Of a stretch of 64,000 bases of DNA, positions 40,701-50,084 are shown one piece after another. Both the position numbers and the translations under genes were made by a program. Each line of letters starts with the position of its first letter. Position 1 is the stretch's first letter. The DNA is from a virus: positions 32,001-96,000 of the IMG/VR virus record IMGVR_UViG_3300041964_000083. One strand, given 5' to 3'. The notes under the pieces are model-generated. The model searched no databases. It was given only the letters and a program-made list of their open reading frames with translations, and was not told the DNA's origin.

Positions 40701-43700
40701 ATACCCACCACGTTTACATCAGCCTTTAGTTCAGCTGCGGGCAGTATCAGTACAACTATAAGCTCTGCATTTTCGTCTGTAACAACAACCGCAGCATCTA
40801 TATTCACCTCAATTTCAGCAAGAATACCCAGTTGGCTTGCTGGCGCACCAGCGGCAATAATTGATACATTTGATCGTGCTTGGTTTGGCGTTGCCGATTC
40901 ATTTGAAACTACGTTTAGTTCTATAGACTTTGCAGGAAATGTTGGCGCTAATTTAGCTAGTATCGGCACAGGTGCAGACGATTATGCTAGAGTATTTGAT
41001 TTACTGAAAAATTCTGTTGGTGGGGTAACCGACGCAATTGGAACTGTTACCCAGCAGGCGTTCTTCTTCACCGAAGGATTCAGTGCTTTACAAGGATTAG
41101 TACAAAACGGTCCTTATCAACTACTTGTTCAGCAGAACGTAGAATTGCAGCAGCAACTATTAGAAACACAAGCAAGTCTAGTTGCTACAAACAAAATCAT
41201 GCAGTCAGGGCAGCAAATTGTTGATCCTACTGCGGCAATTCAAGCATTAAATGCGCCAATTCGTTCCGCGATCGCGCAACTTAGACAAGATAGTTTAGAG
41301 CTTGTTGGTGTTACTTCTAAAGACTTAGTTGGTGTGTTTCAAGTTGTGGCACAACAAGCTTCTGGGATTGGAATTAACATTCAAGAAGCTCAAAAACTTA
41401 CAGTTTCATTCTCGGCTGCACTTGGAACAATGGGTGTGCCGCTCCACCAAGCGTCGCAAGAGATAACATCAATTTTGACAAGTCAAATTGACCAAAATAG
41501 CGTCGTAGCAAAGAATCTAGGACTAAATAATGATTTAATTCAACGCTTATCTACACAAGGTAAGTTGTATGATTTCTTGCAACAAAAACTGGGCGCTTTC
41601 CGAGAAGGAAATAAATTACAGTCTCAAACAATTGAAGGTATAACTTCAAACATTCAAGAACTGGTAGACACAGTTGGACTTGCTGCGGGAGAACAATTAA
41701 TTAAACCAATTGTTGATAATTTAAATCAGGTTTATTCATATTTACAAAATAACTTTAAGACTATTTCTGATTATGCCACATCATTAGTTGGAAAACTTAG
41801 TACCGCAGGTCAATATGTAGCAGAAGCTGTTGGATTAGTATTGAACAGTATTGCTGGTGTTTTAGGCGCAACAACCAATTCGCTATTTGATTTTCTAATT
41901 ATTGGCGCAAAAGGATTTAAAGACGCGGTAGCTACAATGCTTCCGATATTTCAACCTTTTATTGATTCGCTGGCAATACTAATAACAGTTGCAGGTAATT
42001 TGTCCGAGGCAATAGGTGAATTGCCATTTACCCAGCTTTTCTTCCAATTCAAAATTCTTACAACAGGTGCTGGATTATTAAAAGAATCATTCAGCGCATT
42101 TGCGGGTGTTACGCCAATACTTGGCGAAGCCATGTTCTTAATGGGTGGTCGTGCTAACGGGTTAGTTGGTACATTTACTAATCTCACCCAAGCGTTGGGT
42201 AATAGCAGTGCAGCAATGGGGTTGCTGGCTGGCAAGCATATGAACGATATCCCAATACTTGCTGGGCTTGTTCAAAATAAAGTCACGGGTATGCTTGGAC
42301 CATTCAGTGCATTTGGTCCCGTAATTAGCGGTTTAGTTCCACAGTTATCAACCGGTGCGATCGCGTTAGTTGGTTTAACTAAGCAATTCCCAGTACTTGG
42401 AAGCACAATCACAAGCGCAGCAGGTATGATACCTGGGCTTTTGAGTAGTACTGGCGCTTTAGCGGGATCTAAAGGATTTGGAGCGTTAGGTGCAAGCCTA
42501 ACAGCAGCTTCGGGTAACCTCAGTACATTTTTGAGCGGTACGGATTTAGCTACTTTTGCCAGTGAGAAGTTAACAGAAGTAACCAAGCAAGTTAGAGCAG
42601 AGTTCATCAAAACAATTACAACTACAGGGCTTGTGATTGCTGGTCTTGCTGCACTAGCCATAATTGTGGTTGAAGTCACTAAGCGAATGCAAGATGGTGG
42701 CGCACCGATTAAGCAACTAGCCAAAGACACACAGAATACAGCCAACTTAATTCGAGATACTTGGGACAAAACACGCGCTACAACCAGTAAAAAGTTATTT
42801 GAAGACCAGCAAGTTCCAGCAACCGATTGGATTGACACGATGATTCTCAAGACCCGTGAGCTTGAGAAGGGAACTCTGCAAATCACAGACGCTATGAGCG
42901 CTGTTCAAGCGGTAGGTGCAATTTTAGCTAAGGGATTTGATTTTGTTGCCAAGGCTGTACAGTCTGTTGTTGTTTTGGTATATGAAGGAGTGCAAGGGAT
43001 TGTTGCAGGGGCACAGTTAGCATTTAATGTGCTAAAAAACCCACTAGATACTAAAGCTATTGAAGCTTCAATGCAGAAATTGGTAAGTGTTGGAGATAAC
43101 GCTTCAGATGGATTGCAAGAAACTTGGTCACGTAGCTTTGGCGATATTCAGACCAAAGGCGAAAAATCGATGACTGACATTGGTGACGCCTTAAAGTCGG
43201 GGGGGTTGCAGCGTGGTGTCAAAGACATGGTTGACCAAGTTAATAGTTTAATTGCTAGCGGACTCCAACCCGGTAAATTATTTGAAAAAGAATTAGAACC
43301 AGTTAGCACGGCTATAGAAAATCTCAAAAACAAAACAGGTTCAGTAAAAGATGTACGAGACGCGATCGCAACACTCCCAGATTCAATACCGGCTGATCGC
43401 AAACGAGAATTCCTGGATTTGGTTAACAAGGAATTCCCAAACGGTGTAGCTGAGTCGGGTGAATCTACAGAAGCATTCCAAGAGCGCTTAAAAAACCTTA
43501 GCAAACAGCTAGGCGTAACAGGTTCAGATGCATCTAATATTAGGCTTGAAGAAATTCGTGAAAAGCTTGAAGGTAATATTCAATCAATCAACCAACAGAT
43601 TGATGCTCTGAAGCGTTCTGGACAAGGGTACAGTGGTAACGCCCGTGAGCTTCGGAGTTTGGAGGGACAACTAAAGACAGCTAAAGATGCGTTTGATAAA

Positions 43701-46190
43701 TTTAACCAATCAACCAAAATTGAACAAGATTCGGTACAAAAGCTAGAAAAAGCTCTTGCTGCGGGTGAAGGAAAGATTAAACAAGTAGCATCAGCAGCAA
43801 CCGCAGACGAGAAAGAGCGATTGGCAAAATCTACAGAAGCATTTGCTAAACATCAATCTGATAAAGAGTCTCTTGAGTTAGATCAAATCAACACATCTCA
43901 AGCGTCACAGAAGAAGCAATACGCAGAAACACAAAAGCAGCTAAGTTTAGCTCAAGAACAATACAGTAAGCTCACTAAAGAAGAAAAGGAACGTGCTAGC
44001 CCGCAACTTGAAAAAATTAATGCATTGCGATCGCAGGCAGCAGAACAGCGCACTACGATCGCTAAAGCTGAAACTGAACGGGAAGAAAAACTCAGAAGCA
44101 CAGCAACCGAAAAATCTAGCATCGCTCAACAAAAAGCGTTAGATGTTGCTAAGGCTGCGGAAAATGATCGCCTAAAGAACATTCAAGAGCTTGTAAACAA
44201 AGGTGTTCTAAGTCAAGCAGATGCGGATGAACAACGCGCCAACCTTACAGTTGGTAGCTTAAAAAACCAGCTAAGTGCCGAGCAAGCACACTTAGCCAAT
44301 ATGGTTGACATTGCTAAAAAATACCCCAAAACAGGGCTAGAAGGGCAAAAGCAAGAGGAAGAGATTCGCAAAGCTCGAATCAAGACTCAAGAAATCACAA
44401 CACAAATACTGGAACAAGAAAAAGCAGCGTATGAGGCACACATCGCATCGATTACCGCCGCACTAGACCGCGAAAGCAACTTGAGTCAAGCTAAAGATGA
44501 GCAACTTGTTCGAGATGGATTGGAGATTCAGGAAGGTGCTGATCGCAAGAAGGCTGATTCTACAGTTAACCGTTTACAGAAGTTACTAGCACTCGAAACC
44601 AAAGATAAAGATAAACGCGCTCAATTAGAACTACAGCTACAAGAAGCACTGTCGGCACAAGACGATGCGCGGGTAAAAGAAAAATTAAAACATATTGATA
44701 ATGTCAATACCCAAGAACTGGCAAGAGATGAAGAACTATATCGTACAGGCAAACTTAAGAAAGAACAGTACGAAATAGAAAAAGCTCAATCAACATTAAG
44801 TCGTTTAGAACAAGAGCTTGCTTTAGAACAAGACGATGTAAGTAAGCGAATTGCTCTAGAACTTCAGGTACAGCAAGCGCGTACCAGTTTGCAAGAGGCA
44901 CAGCTAAGTCAACGCAAAGCTCAAATTGAAAGTGAGAACCAAGAATACCAAAACCAATTAGAGCGACAGCTCGAACCTCTCAAAGCACAGCAGTCTGTAT
45001 TTGACCTCCTCAATAAAGCATTAGAGAACCGCAATAAACTTCTCAGTGCTAGCCAAGACTTAATGCGGGCAGGTGCTAATTACTTGACTGGGCAGCTAGA
45101 AGCTATCTCATCTGTAGAGACATCAGAATATCGCCGTAAGCAGCTAGCTCAAGGTATTGCGGCAATCAAATTGGATGCGGCTAAAAAAGAAGCTGAAATG
45201 ACCGCAGCTTCCCTTGAAGCAGAGCAACAGATGCAACGATTTGCCCTGATGAGAGAGCAAATTGAAAATAGAGTTGCACTAGCGCGTCAGGTTGGGGAAA
45301 CAGCTAAACTCCAAGGGCAAATTGCAGTAGCCGAAGCTGACCCCCGTACCAGCAAAGCCCAGAAAGATGCGTTGTATATCCAACTTGATGCCGCCAAACA
45401 ACAGCAAGCACAGCTAAAGGGTATTGGTGTTCTATTGGCACAACAAGCACCTGCTCAAGAAAAAGTATTTGCTTTGCAGAAGCGCTCTAAACAGCTAGAA
45501 GCTGAAGGAACGGTTACTCAAGCGCAAGCGGCATTGATTAATACGCTTGGACCCGGCTCTAAAGAGCGTGCCGCTCGTGCTTTCCAAGAGCAACAATCCC
45601 AAAAAGTGTTTGGAACGAGTTATCAAGATGTAAGATCTGGTTCTCGTGCGTTAGCGCGTGAAACAGTTGATCGGGAAATACCGGGCGCAAACTTAGGGAC
45701 AGGGGCTGGAATGTCGGGGTTTGCACCTTATTTAGAGGAAGTGAGTGGTTCTGTTGCAGCTATGGCTCAAGCTAATACAGATTTGGCAAGAACAATGGGA
45801 CCTGCGGCAACAGCAGGAGTTGGCTTAGTCGGTGCTGGTGCTGCATCGTTAAGACTTCCGGATGTAGTTGGAAAGATACCGGGGTTAGATGAAATTAATC
45901 GCGGTTCACAAGATGCGATCGCGCAATCACTTCAGGCTTATCAACAAGAAGGGTTAAAGCTACCCACAGGACTCGCAGGACAACAGTTACAACTACCTAA
46001 AGTTTCAACGGATGGAATGGCGAAAAGTAGTTCCACGTTTGAAAAAGCTGTTTCTCAGTTTGCCAAAGCGGTACAATCGAGTCAGCAAACGAAAAAAACT
46101 AGTAGCGGCAATAATGTAACACTCAACGTTAATCAGTCGCAGTCATCAGATATCGGTAACATCTTAACCCTTGCAAAACAACTAAGCTAA
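34725..46190 (+). CDS. Tape measure protein, 3821 aa
   Basis: VQIVISATDNASG start; Ala/Gly/Ser-rich helical repeats; TMP-like core near 41.2-41.7 kb; coiled-coil C-terminus. Confidence 0.8.
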   Translation: MPATNNAVQIVISATDNASGVISNIQSSLSGLSKLVSQPLQTALLNLNRVTNSVSQDIVDKVGAIGKSFNQVFSNIASPVSFPLSGLTRSLDEIPGLFTSAFTRGSQAATIAIQDIGGVDTRDLNQSLGEVPKLFNSTFTRGAQAANNALKEIGGLDVGELNQSLAGVPQLFNSTFIRGSQAANSALQNIGGIDTGKLTQSLDRVPQLFNSTFIRSTQSAQNALKSIGSVNTSGLSQSLGEVPALFASAFNRSGQVANNALQNIGKLNTGELSQSLAEVPKLFNSTFTRSSQVAQNALRDIGGIETDGLTRSLNEIPTLFAATFTRSAQSAQKVIQSIGGVETNQITQSLAEVPGLFTSAFTRGTNAATNALQSMGELNTEGLTQSLDEVPQLFNSAFTRGSQAATTALGSINGIDTDKLDQSLSEVPSLFARVFNQSNQIAQNNLESIGGVDTREITQSLAEVPTLFTSAFSRGEQVAQNAFKGIGNINTGELKQSLNEIPSLFNSTFTRSAQLAQNKLKDFDGINTGKLTQSLSEVPQLFSSTFNRSSQVAQNALQNIGDVNTDGLAQSLGEVPRLFTSFFTRGTQTAQNALQNIGDIDASELTRSLDKIPSLFTTTFTRSSQVAKNALQNIGEIDTGKLIQSIDEVPSLLVSTFTRGSQAVNNALQNIDGIDTDKLTQSLSEVPALFTSTFNQGSRAATNALQAIGGIDTGGLTESLGEVPQLFNSAFTRGKQSANNAIQGIGELSTDKLNQSLEEIPRLFGTTFTRSRQVADNAFQNIDGINTGKLDQSLNQILKLFTSTFNQSSQAATNALQKIGGVDTDKLTQSINEVPQLLGSSFTRGSQAATTALQNIGKLDTGRLTQSLGEIPALFNSAFTRGGQVAQNALASVDGIDTSRLTQSLSGVPQLFNSAFDRSSQAATTALQNIGELNTSGLTQSLGEIPTLFNSAFTRGSQSAQNALQDIGGVVDTSELTQSLSEVPQIFNSTFARSSQVAQNAIQSIGEVDTGALSQSLGEIPSLFASTFNRSRQTASDALKDIGGVNTDELNQSLGKIPQLFNSAFSRGSQVATDSLQTVGELNTDELTRSLAEIPDLFNSTFTRSRQSAQTALQSIGGIDTGELSQSVNSIPPLFTSAFDKGSQAAENALQDIGGVDARKLTQSLEDVPGLFASTFNRSAQAAQNALQSIGELNTSGLTQSLSEVPVLFNLAFTRSSQAASNALQGIDKLDTKRLSQSLDEIPQLFTSTFTRGNQVAQDALQNIDGVNTDNLKQSLNEVPSLFTSVFNRSRSVATNTLRSIGGVDTSELTRSLSGIPQFFTSAFTRGVQIAQNTFQSIGELDTGELNQSLSEIPQLFNSAFTRGNQSATNALQNIGNVDTSGLTQSLTEVPQILNSAFTRGSQSANSALQDIGGVNTDELTQSLNEVPQLFSSTFNRGTQAATNALQNIGELNTSGLTQALGEVLTLFNSAFTRGSQAANSALQSIDDIDTGNLNRSLAEIPQLFTSTFNRGTQAARNALQSIDGVDTNQLGQSLSEVPQLFTSAFTRGGQAAQDTIASVFSDIPADVSTLFSDISNRAKTSVDSLFQGIAPDTGKLNAAIKPIGNAIPDSLKPGIASARQTFASFFQSIPNQVDDWLAALPTSLGNAVNSAVDSIALNFDGLTRSLTDGLSDAFGGAALGIGDIGAGLNPFAGLASGISGAATGLDKVGTSISSAITSGFTKANTQVDGFFTGITNRVPNLLSGLPQAILAQLDTSVKALTPDLSGIQASFGRISDAFAIGFEPGIAAAQEEVETFFREIAQNAPEWMRDLPQSITNTFDSAFNSINLGQASSNFLEFGENVFSVFDSIGDAINDTGNLIRNLDTIFQTTLGTSLGDLVKKQIEDLNDDMGKVFDDGQILIPLSTTLGELAKTGTPAGASFFSGFFGAFGEEFASFFPTFTSLISKGISSVTGLIPSLFGSISSLIPSTLKTAFSSVTATAGSAFTSISALIPTTFTSAFSSAAGSISTTISSAFSSVTTTAASIFTSISARIPSWLAGAPAAIIDTFDRAWFGVADSFETTFSSIDFAGNVGANLASIGTGADDYARVFDLLKNSVGGVTDAIGTVTQQAFFFTEGFSALQGLVQNGPYQLLVQQNVELQQQLLETQASLVATNKIMQSGQQIVDPTAAIQALNAPIRSAIAQLRQDSLELVGVTSKDLVGVFQVVAQQASGIGINIQEAQKLTVSFSAALGTMGVPLHQASQEITSILTSQIDQNSVVAKNLGLNNDLIQRLSTQGKLYDFLQQKLGAFREGNKLQSQTIEGITSNIQELVDTVGLAAGEQLIKPIVDNLNQVYSYLQNNFKTISDYATSLVGKLSTAGQYVAEAVGLVLNSIAGVLGATTNSLFDFLIIGAKGFKDAVATMLPIFQPFIDSLAILITVAGNLSEAIGELPFTQLFFQFKILTTGAGLLKESFSAFAGVTPILGEAMFLMGGRANGLVGTFTNLTQALGNSSAAMGLLAGKHMNDIPILAGLVQNKVTGMLGPFSAFGPVISGLVPQLSTGAIALVGLTKQFPVLGSTITSAAGMIPGLLSSTGALAGSKGFGALGASLTAASGNLSTFLSGTDLATFASEKLTEVTKQVRAEFIKTITTTGLVIAGLAALAIIVVEVTKRMQDGGAPIKQLAKDTQNTANLIRDTWDKTRATTSKKLFEDQQVPATDWIDTMILKTRELEKGTLQITDAMSAVQAVGAILAKGFDFVAKAVQSVVVLVYEGVQGIVAGAQLAFNVLKNPLDTKAIEASMQKLVSVGDNASDGLQETWSRSFGDIQTKGEKSMTDIGDALKSGGLQRGVKDMVDQVNSLIASGLQPGKLFEKELEPVSTAIENLKNKTGSVKDVRDAIATLPDSIPADRKREFLDLVNKEFPNGVAESGESTEAFQERLKNLSKQLGVTGSDASNIRLEEIREKLEGNIQSINQQIDALKRSGQGYSGNARELRSLEGQLKTAKDAFDKFNQSTKIEQDSVQKLEKALAAGEGKIKQVASAATADEKERLAKSTEAFAKHQSDKESLELDQINTSQASQKKQYAETQKQLSLAQEQYSKLTKEEKERASPQLEKINALRSQAAEQRTTIAKAETEREEKLRSTATEKSSIAQQKALDVAKAAENDRLKNIQELVNKGVLSQADADEQRANLTVGSLKNQLSAEQAHLANMVDIAKKYPKTGLEGQKQEEEIRKARIKTQEITTQILEQEKAAYEAHIASITAALDRESNLSQAKDEQLVRDGLEIQEGADRKKADSTVNRLQKLLALETKDKDKRAQLELQLQEALSAQDDARVKEKLKHIDNVNTQELARDEELYRTGKLKKEQYEIEKAQSTLSRLEQELALEQDDVSKRIALELQVQQARTSLQEAQLSQRKAQIESENQEYQNQLERQLEPLKAQQSVFDLLNKALENRNKLLSASQDLMRAGANYLTGQLEAISSVETSEYRRKQLAQGIAAIKLDAAKKEAEMTAASLEAEQQMQRFALMREQIENRVALARQVGETAKLQGQIAVAEADPRTSKAQKDALYIQLDAAKQQQAQLKGIGVLLAQQAPAQEKVFALQKRSKQLEAEGTVTQAQAALINTLGPGSKERAARAFQEQQSQKVFGTSYQDVRSGSRALARETVDREIPGANLGTGAGMSGFAPYLEEVSGSVAAMAQANTDLARTMGPAATAGVGLVGAGAASLRLPDVVGKIPGLDEINRGSQDAIAQSLQAYQQEGLKLPTGLAGQQLQLPKVSTDGMAKSSSTFEKAVSQFAKAVQSSQQTKKTSSGNNVTLNVNQSQSSDIGNILTLAKQLS
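34975..39395 (+). repeat. About 40 tandem 37-aa (111-nt) coding repeats
   Basis: Consensus GGIDTGKLTQSLSEVPQLFNSTFTRGSQAATNALQNI; copy number estimated as span divided by 111. Confidence 0.9.
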
Positions 46191-46195
46191 ATATT

Positions 46196-46504
46196 ATGAG
46201 TGGTGGACTGAATTACATACAAAACCAAGACTTACAACTTGTGGGCGAAGTTAAAGCTGTAGCAAAACCTGACCGCACTCTGTTTAAATTAATTGCTCAA
46301 AACACCGAAAACCTTCATGAACTTGGAAAAGAGTTGAGATTAGCTGAAGGTGCGAACAATATTCAAAAACTAGCTGCTGCGATCGCGAGTTTAGCTGATG
46401 CTCAAAGTAAATTGGTTGTAATTGCGCTAACACAAGAACCCAACTATACACGAATTCTCGACTATGCCGAGCATTTAACCAATGATCAAGAGTCCACACT
46501 TTGA
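46196..46504 (+). CDS. Hypothetical protein
   Basis: Follows the TMP gene. Confidence 0.55.
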   Translation: MSGGLNYIQNQDLQLVGEVKAVAKPDRTLFKLIAQNTENLHELGKELRLAEGANNIQKLAAAIASLADAQSKLVVIALTQEPNYTRILDYAEHLTNDQESTL

Positions 46505-47069
46505 TACAGGTCGAGCGCTTGCAACCCAAATCAACAATGTTTTTGTGCGATCGTTTGGGTTAAAGACACCATTTCGTTACGATGATGTGCTTCCCGGTGA
46601 GCAGTACGGGCTGATTAACTTCCGGTATTTGCGCCAAGGCAACTATCTAGCCCACAATGCGGTAGCGCAGCACCCGTTGGTTATGGATGCAATAATTGTA
46701 ATCGGCTGCAAGGATATGCAAGAGGCAAGTGAGATGGAACTTGCGTGGATGCTCAATGCCGACCATGTTAGCAACGCCATCAAAACACTTGATGAATTTG
46801 ATGGCGCAGACTTACTCCATGATTTAGAAATTAGTGGTGACATAACGGCTGTACCACGACAAAGCGTTAAACCATTAGAGGATAGCCAAGATTCTAATCC
46901 CAAAATAAGGAATGGGCGTAACGCTAGACCCATCCACCCTTGGATGGTAGATATAAGCTGGGAACTCAAGGGTATGCTGCATATACCTAAAGGGTATGAT
47001 GGACAACATATTCAATTTCCTCAAATTGAAACTGGCTCAAGCAATTCTTTAGCAATTACCAACAGATAA
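46482..47069 (+). CDS. Hypothetical (possible tail-completion) protein
   Basis: Overlapping start; function inferred from context only. Confidence 0.5.
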   Translation: MIKSPHFDTGRALATQINNVFVRSFGLKTPFRYDDVLPGEQYGLINFRYLRQGNYLAHNAVAQHPLVMDAIIVIGCKDMQEASEMELAWMLNADHVSNAIKTLDEFDGADLLHDLEISGDITAVPRQSVKPLEDSQDSNPKIRNGRNARPIHPWMVDISWELKGMLHIPKGYDGQHIQFPQIETGSSNSLAITNR

Positions 47070-47087
47070 ATATCGAGATTTACTAAT

Positions 47088-47819
47088 ATGGCAGATTACG
47101 CAGCGATTGAAGTTGAACTTAAGGGCATCAAGTACACTACCGAAGGAACCGACTCTACGGGTTTGTTGTTTCTCTCTATCCTCTTTAGTGAAGAAGAAAC
47201 AGCGTTAATTAAGCAGGGGCGCATAAAAGATGTGATTACGATGTATGGCGATCGCAGCACATCGAGGATGAAGCAGAAACTCGAAAGCGCTACAACTCCT
47301 GAAGAGAAAGAGAAAGTAGAAAAGCAGCTCAACGATGAAATTATGCTCGCGTTGTGGCAGCGAATGGAGCGCGACTGGGAGATTCGGTTATTAGTGGCTG
47401 AACGGATTGTTGAATTATTCCGATTTGCCGAGCCGCACGCTATTCCTAAAAAGCTTGTAATGTTTGAAGCTTACAAAGAAGGGGACAAGCTCAAGTATGA
47501 ATTTGGCATCAACTTGTCATCAACCGATCTGCTAGCTTTGTTTGGCGCGATCATTGGACCCACCTTGGCTGACATCAGCGAGAGGCAGAAGAAATCTAGT
47601 GAGCCAGCATCAGAACCCACAACAGCTATCGAACAGGTAAGTGTTACAGAAGAAACACCAACCTCATCAGCACTTGTACTTACAGACACAAGTCGTCGGG
47701 ATGAACTAACACAGCAGCGTGTTGCGATCACAAAGCTACTTGAATCAAATCCAAGTGAAGATATGCGGCTAGGTTTAGAGAAACAGTTGAAGGATGTTGA
47801 TGCTCAATTGGTGAGTTGA
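47088..47819 (+). CDS. Hypothetical helical protein (possible tail chaperone)
   Basis: Context only. Confidence 0.5.
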   Translation: MADYAAIEVELKGIKYTTEGTDSTGLLFLSILFSEEETALIKQGRIKDVITMYGDRSTSRMKQKLESATTPEEKEKVEKQLNDEIMLALWQRMERDWEIRLLVAERIVELFRFAEPHAIPKKLVMFEAYKEGDKLKYEFGINLSSTDLLALFGAIIGPTLADISERQKKSSEPASEPTTAIEQVSVTEETPTSSALVLTDTSRRDELTQQRVAITKLLESNPSEDMRLGLEKQLKDVDAQLVS

Positions 47820-48361
47820 CATCGATTCGATGTCAGCGCGATCACACAACCTTTGAATATATGACAGTAAAAACACCCCTTCCTCTTGAATACTTGTTTC
47901 CGATTGAAGCAAGTACTGATTTTAATCCAGAATCATATCGGCATAGAATTCTGTTTGGTGAGCCTAAGTTCAACATTCCGGGTATATTCAATCATCCTGA
48001 GATACCACGCTTCTTTGCTTGCTACACCAACGATATTCCTGATCGGGAGGTCGCATGGCACAAGATTATTTCTACGAGCTTAAACTCGCTAGAAACACTA
48101 ACAATGTGTATGGAGCAACCCGACTCTTTGTTGTTACCCTACTGGTTAAACCCTAGCGTAAGTTTGTTAACTGCATTGCAGGGGATGAATATCAAAAGTA
48201 TAGGAGTGCTACCTGAACTCGGCAAAGCCTTTATGCCACATGGTGATACAGCATTAATTTACACAAAAAATAAGTGTAAGTTTGAAATCTTCGTAGACCA
48301 TAACAAGTGTGAAGTGGCGCTGTACCGACCACATTCATTGGCTTTTATTTTGGGTATTTGA
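47816..48361 (+). CDS. Hypothetical protein
   Basis: Overlaps the previous stop. Confidence 0.5.
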   Translation: MTSIRCQRDHTTFEYMTVKTPLPLEYLFPIEASTDFNPESYRHRILFGEPKFNIPGIFNHPEIPRFFACYTNDIPDREVAWHKIISTSLNSLETLTMCMEQPDSLLLPYWLNPSVSLLTALQGMNIKSIGVLPELGKAFMPHGDTALIYTKNKCKFEIFVDHNKCEVALYRPHSLAFILGI

Positions 48362-48896
48362 TACGCATACGCGATCGCACCCCTAACCCAAAACAATCAC
48401 ATAAGAATCACAATATCCATGTTGTTCGTCAGCAGTATGACGGATAGCCCAGTCGGTATGCGATCGCGGGATGTATCCAGCATCCTCCGATTCGCGACTG
48501 GTGATTACTCCTAAATTGTAATATAAATAATTACTATCTTTTGTCGTTTTGCTAACATTTGAAAGTTCTGTTTTATGAACCAACTAAAACCAGTTTGTGT
48601 TTATCATGTATGCTTTTGCATAAATAATCCTAACTGGGTAATAACATATGTTAAACCAAAAGATAAATCGGCTTATTACGTTGTAGTTGTTCCCAAACAT
48701 TGTGATATTGAGAAACGTGGCAATATGCATTCAGAAGAAATGCTAGGGCTTCTTGAATATTTGGGATGCGGATACCTGAATTGCCGCTAAGGTACAATGA
48801 GAACTAGCGATCGCGTAATTGATTTCCAGTCATGAGTACGCGATCACTTGTGTTTGTTGATATAATTATACAGCGAATACAATGTATAATATAGAT

Positions 48897-49037
48897 ATGG
48901 CAAGAACCCACAGGTTTCAGATTCTCTTCACAGATGAAGAGGCGGCACGGTTAAAAGCTGAGTCAATACGACGAGGAATACCGATGGCTGAAATTATTAG
49001 AGATTATGTGAAAAATTTGCCAGCACCAAACGAATAG
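48897..49037 (+). CDS. Ribbon-helix-helix (CopG-like) protein
   Basis: MARTHRFQILFTDEEAARLKAESIRRGIPMAEIIRDYV; not in the ORF track. Confidence 0.75.
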   Translation: MARTHRFQILFTDEEAARLKAESIRRGIPMAEIIRDYVKNLPAPNE

Positions 49038-49051
49038 GAGCGCGATCATAC

Positions 49052-49402
49052 ATGACTTACATTGGTTTGCCTTTGTTTAATATTTCAGACGAACAGTTTC
49101 AGCAACTAATTGAATTTGCTATTTTTGACGGCGCAATTACTAAATGCAACTGTTTTGAAGAGAATGGAACTCAGATTTGTTTGATAACCACTTTTGAATT
49201 AAACCCATCAAAACTTGAATCACCGCAAAAGCTTAAGGACGAATTGTTTTCTATTGATTCCGCTAAAGCATATTTAACGGGGTTGCTACGAGGAAGAATT
49301 AACGGACGTGTATCTACCAGGATGGCTTTTGACCTTAACTCAGGATGGCATAGGGTTGATTTTGACCAAGATAATGCAAATTCTCAAGGCGATCGCGCAT
49401 GA
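49052..49402 (+). CDS. Hypothetical protein
   Basis: AGGAG RBS; inside the cassette. Confidence 0.6.
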   Translation: MTYIGLPLFNISDEQFQQLIEFAIFDGAITKCNCFEENGTQICLITTFELNPSKLESPQKLKDELFSIDSAKAYLTGLLRGRINGRVSTRMAFDLNSGWHRVDFDQDNANSQGDRA

Positions 49403-49725
49403 ATCTATTGAACCAATTTCTTGAAGATTTTTGTAAACCCGTAGGTATAACATCTGATGGAGGTTTAACTTATTCTTTGAATTCCCCAAAAGAAACCGTA
49501 AACCTAGGAAAAAACTGGAGCAAAATTCATGAAGATTTATATGTTTTGATTGTGATCACAGAAAGCCAGCTAAAAATCGAAGTTTGGCATGTGGGTAGTG
49601 ATGAGGAACTAGAAAATCAAAAAAGCTTGCCTATTAACACATCGTTTAAAGAAATCACAGAAACAATCGTAGAGCTTTTGTTTGCAGCGTCTTCTTTTTA
49701 TATCGCAATAGATATTGTTGTTTAG
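49399..49725 (+). CDS. Hypothetical protein
   Basis: ATGA overlap. Confidence 0.6.
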   Translation: MNLLNQFLEDFCKPVGITSDGGLTYSLNSPKETVNLGKNWSKIHEDLYVLIVITESQLKIEVWHVGSDEELENQKSLPINTSFKEITETIVELLFAASSFYIAIDIVV

Positions 49726-49988
49726 TGCGATCGCGCAACATCATTCACAAAAACCAAAAGAATACCGTGTCAGAATTAAATCTCAGCCTACAAGCATCAG
49801 AAAACAGCACACCTGTAACCTTCCGTTATTCCGGAGAAACGTCTGAATCTGGTATAGGAGAAATTCAAATTGGAGAAACCAAAGCAGAAATAAGTATTGT
49901 TGTGCTGTGCAAAATAGCCGAACTGTTAAAAACATTAGACACAGTTGATTATCTAAAAAAGAGCAGCGTGTCAGACAAACGTAAATGA
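49725..49988 (+). CDS. Hypothetical protein
   Basis: TAGTG overlap. Confidence 0.45.
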   Translation: MRSRNIIHKNQKNTVSELNLSLQASENSTPVTFRYSGETSESGIGEIQIGETKAEISIVVLCKIAELLKTLDTVDYLKKSSVSDKRK

Positions 49989-50004
49989 CAACTAATAGTT
50001 GTCA
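49986..50004. promoter_or_regulatory. 19-bp palindrome, copy 3
   Basis: TGACAACTAATAGTTGTCA. Confidence 0.75.
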
Positions 50005-50007
50005 TTT

Positions 50008-50044
50008 CAACACCGCGTCATGTACTGATGCGGTGTTGTTTTTT
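50008..50044 (+). terminator. Intrinsic terminator
   Basis: CAACACCGCGTCA-loop-TGATGCGGTGTTG plus T tract. Confidence 0.7.
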
Positions 50045-50084
50045 CGTATCAGGGTAGAATTGACATGAGAACTAGCGATCGCGT

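Larger units (their letters stand above)
48797..50084. repeat. 20-bp direct repeat ATGAGAACTAGCGATCGCGT flanking a 4-gene cassette
   Basis: Identical copies at 48797-48816 and 50065-50084. Confidence 0.8.

Noticed and set aside
36050-44132. Antisense ORFs inside the TMP (e.g. 40130..40969, 42272..42886)
   Set aside because: These are shadow frames of a biased coding strand with no motifs. The same applies to most short overlapping ORFs in the track.
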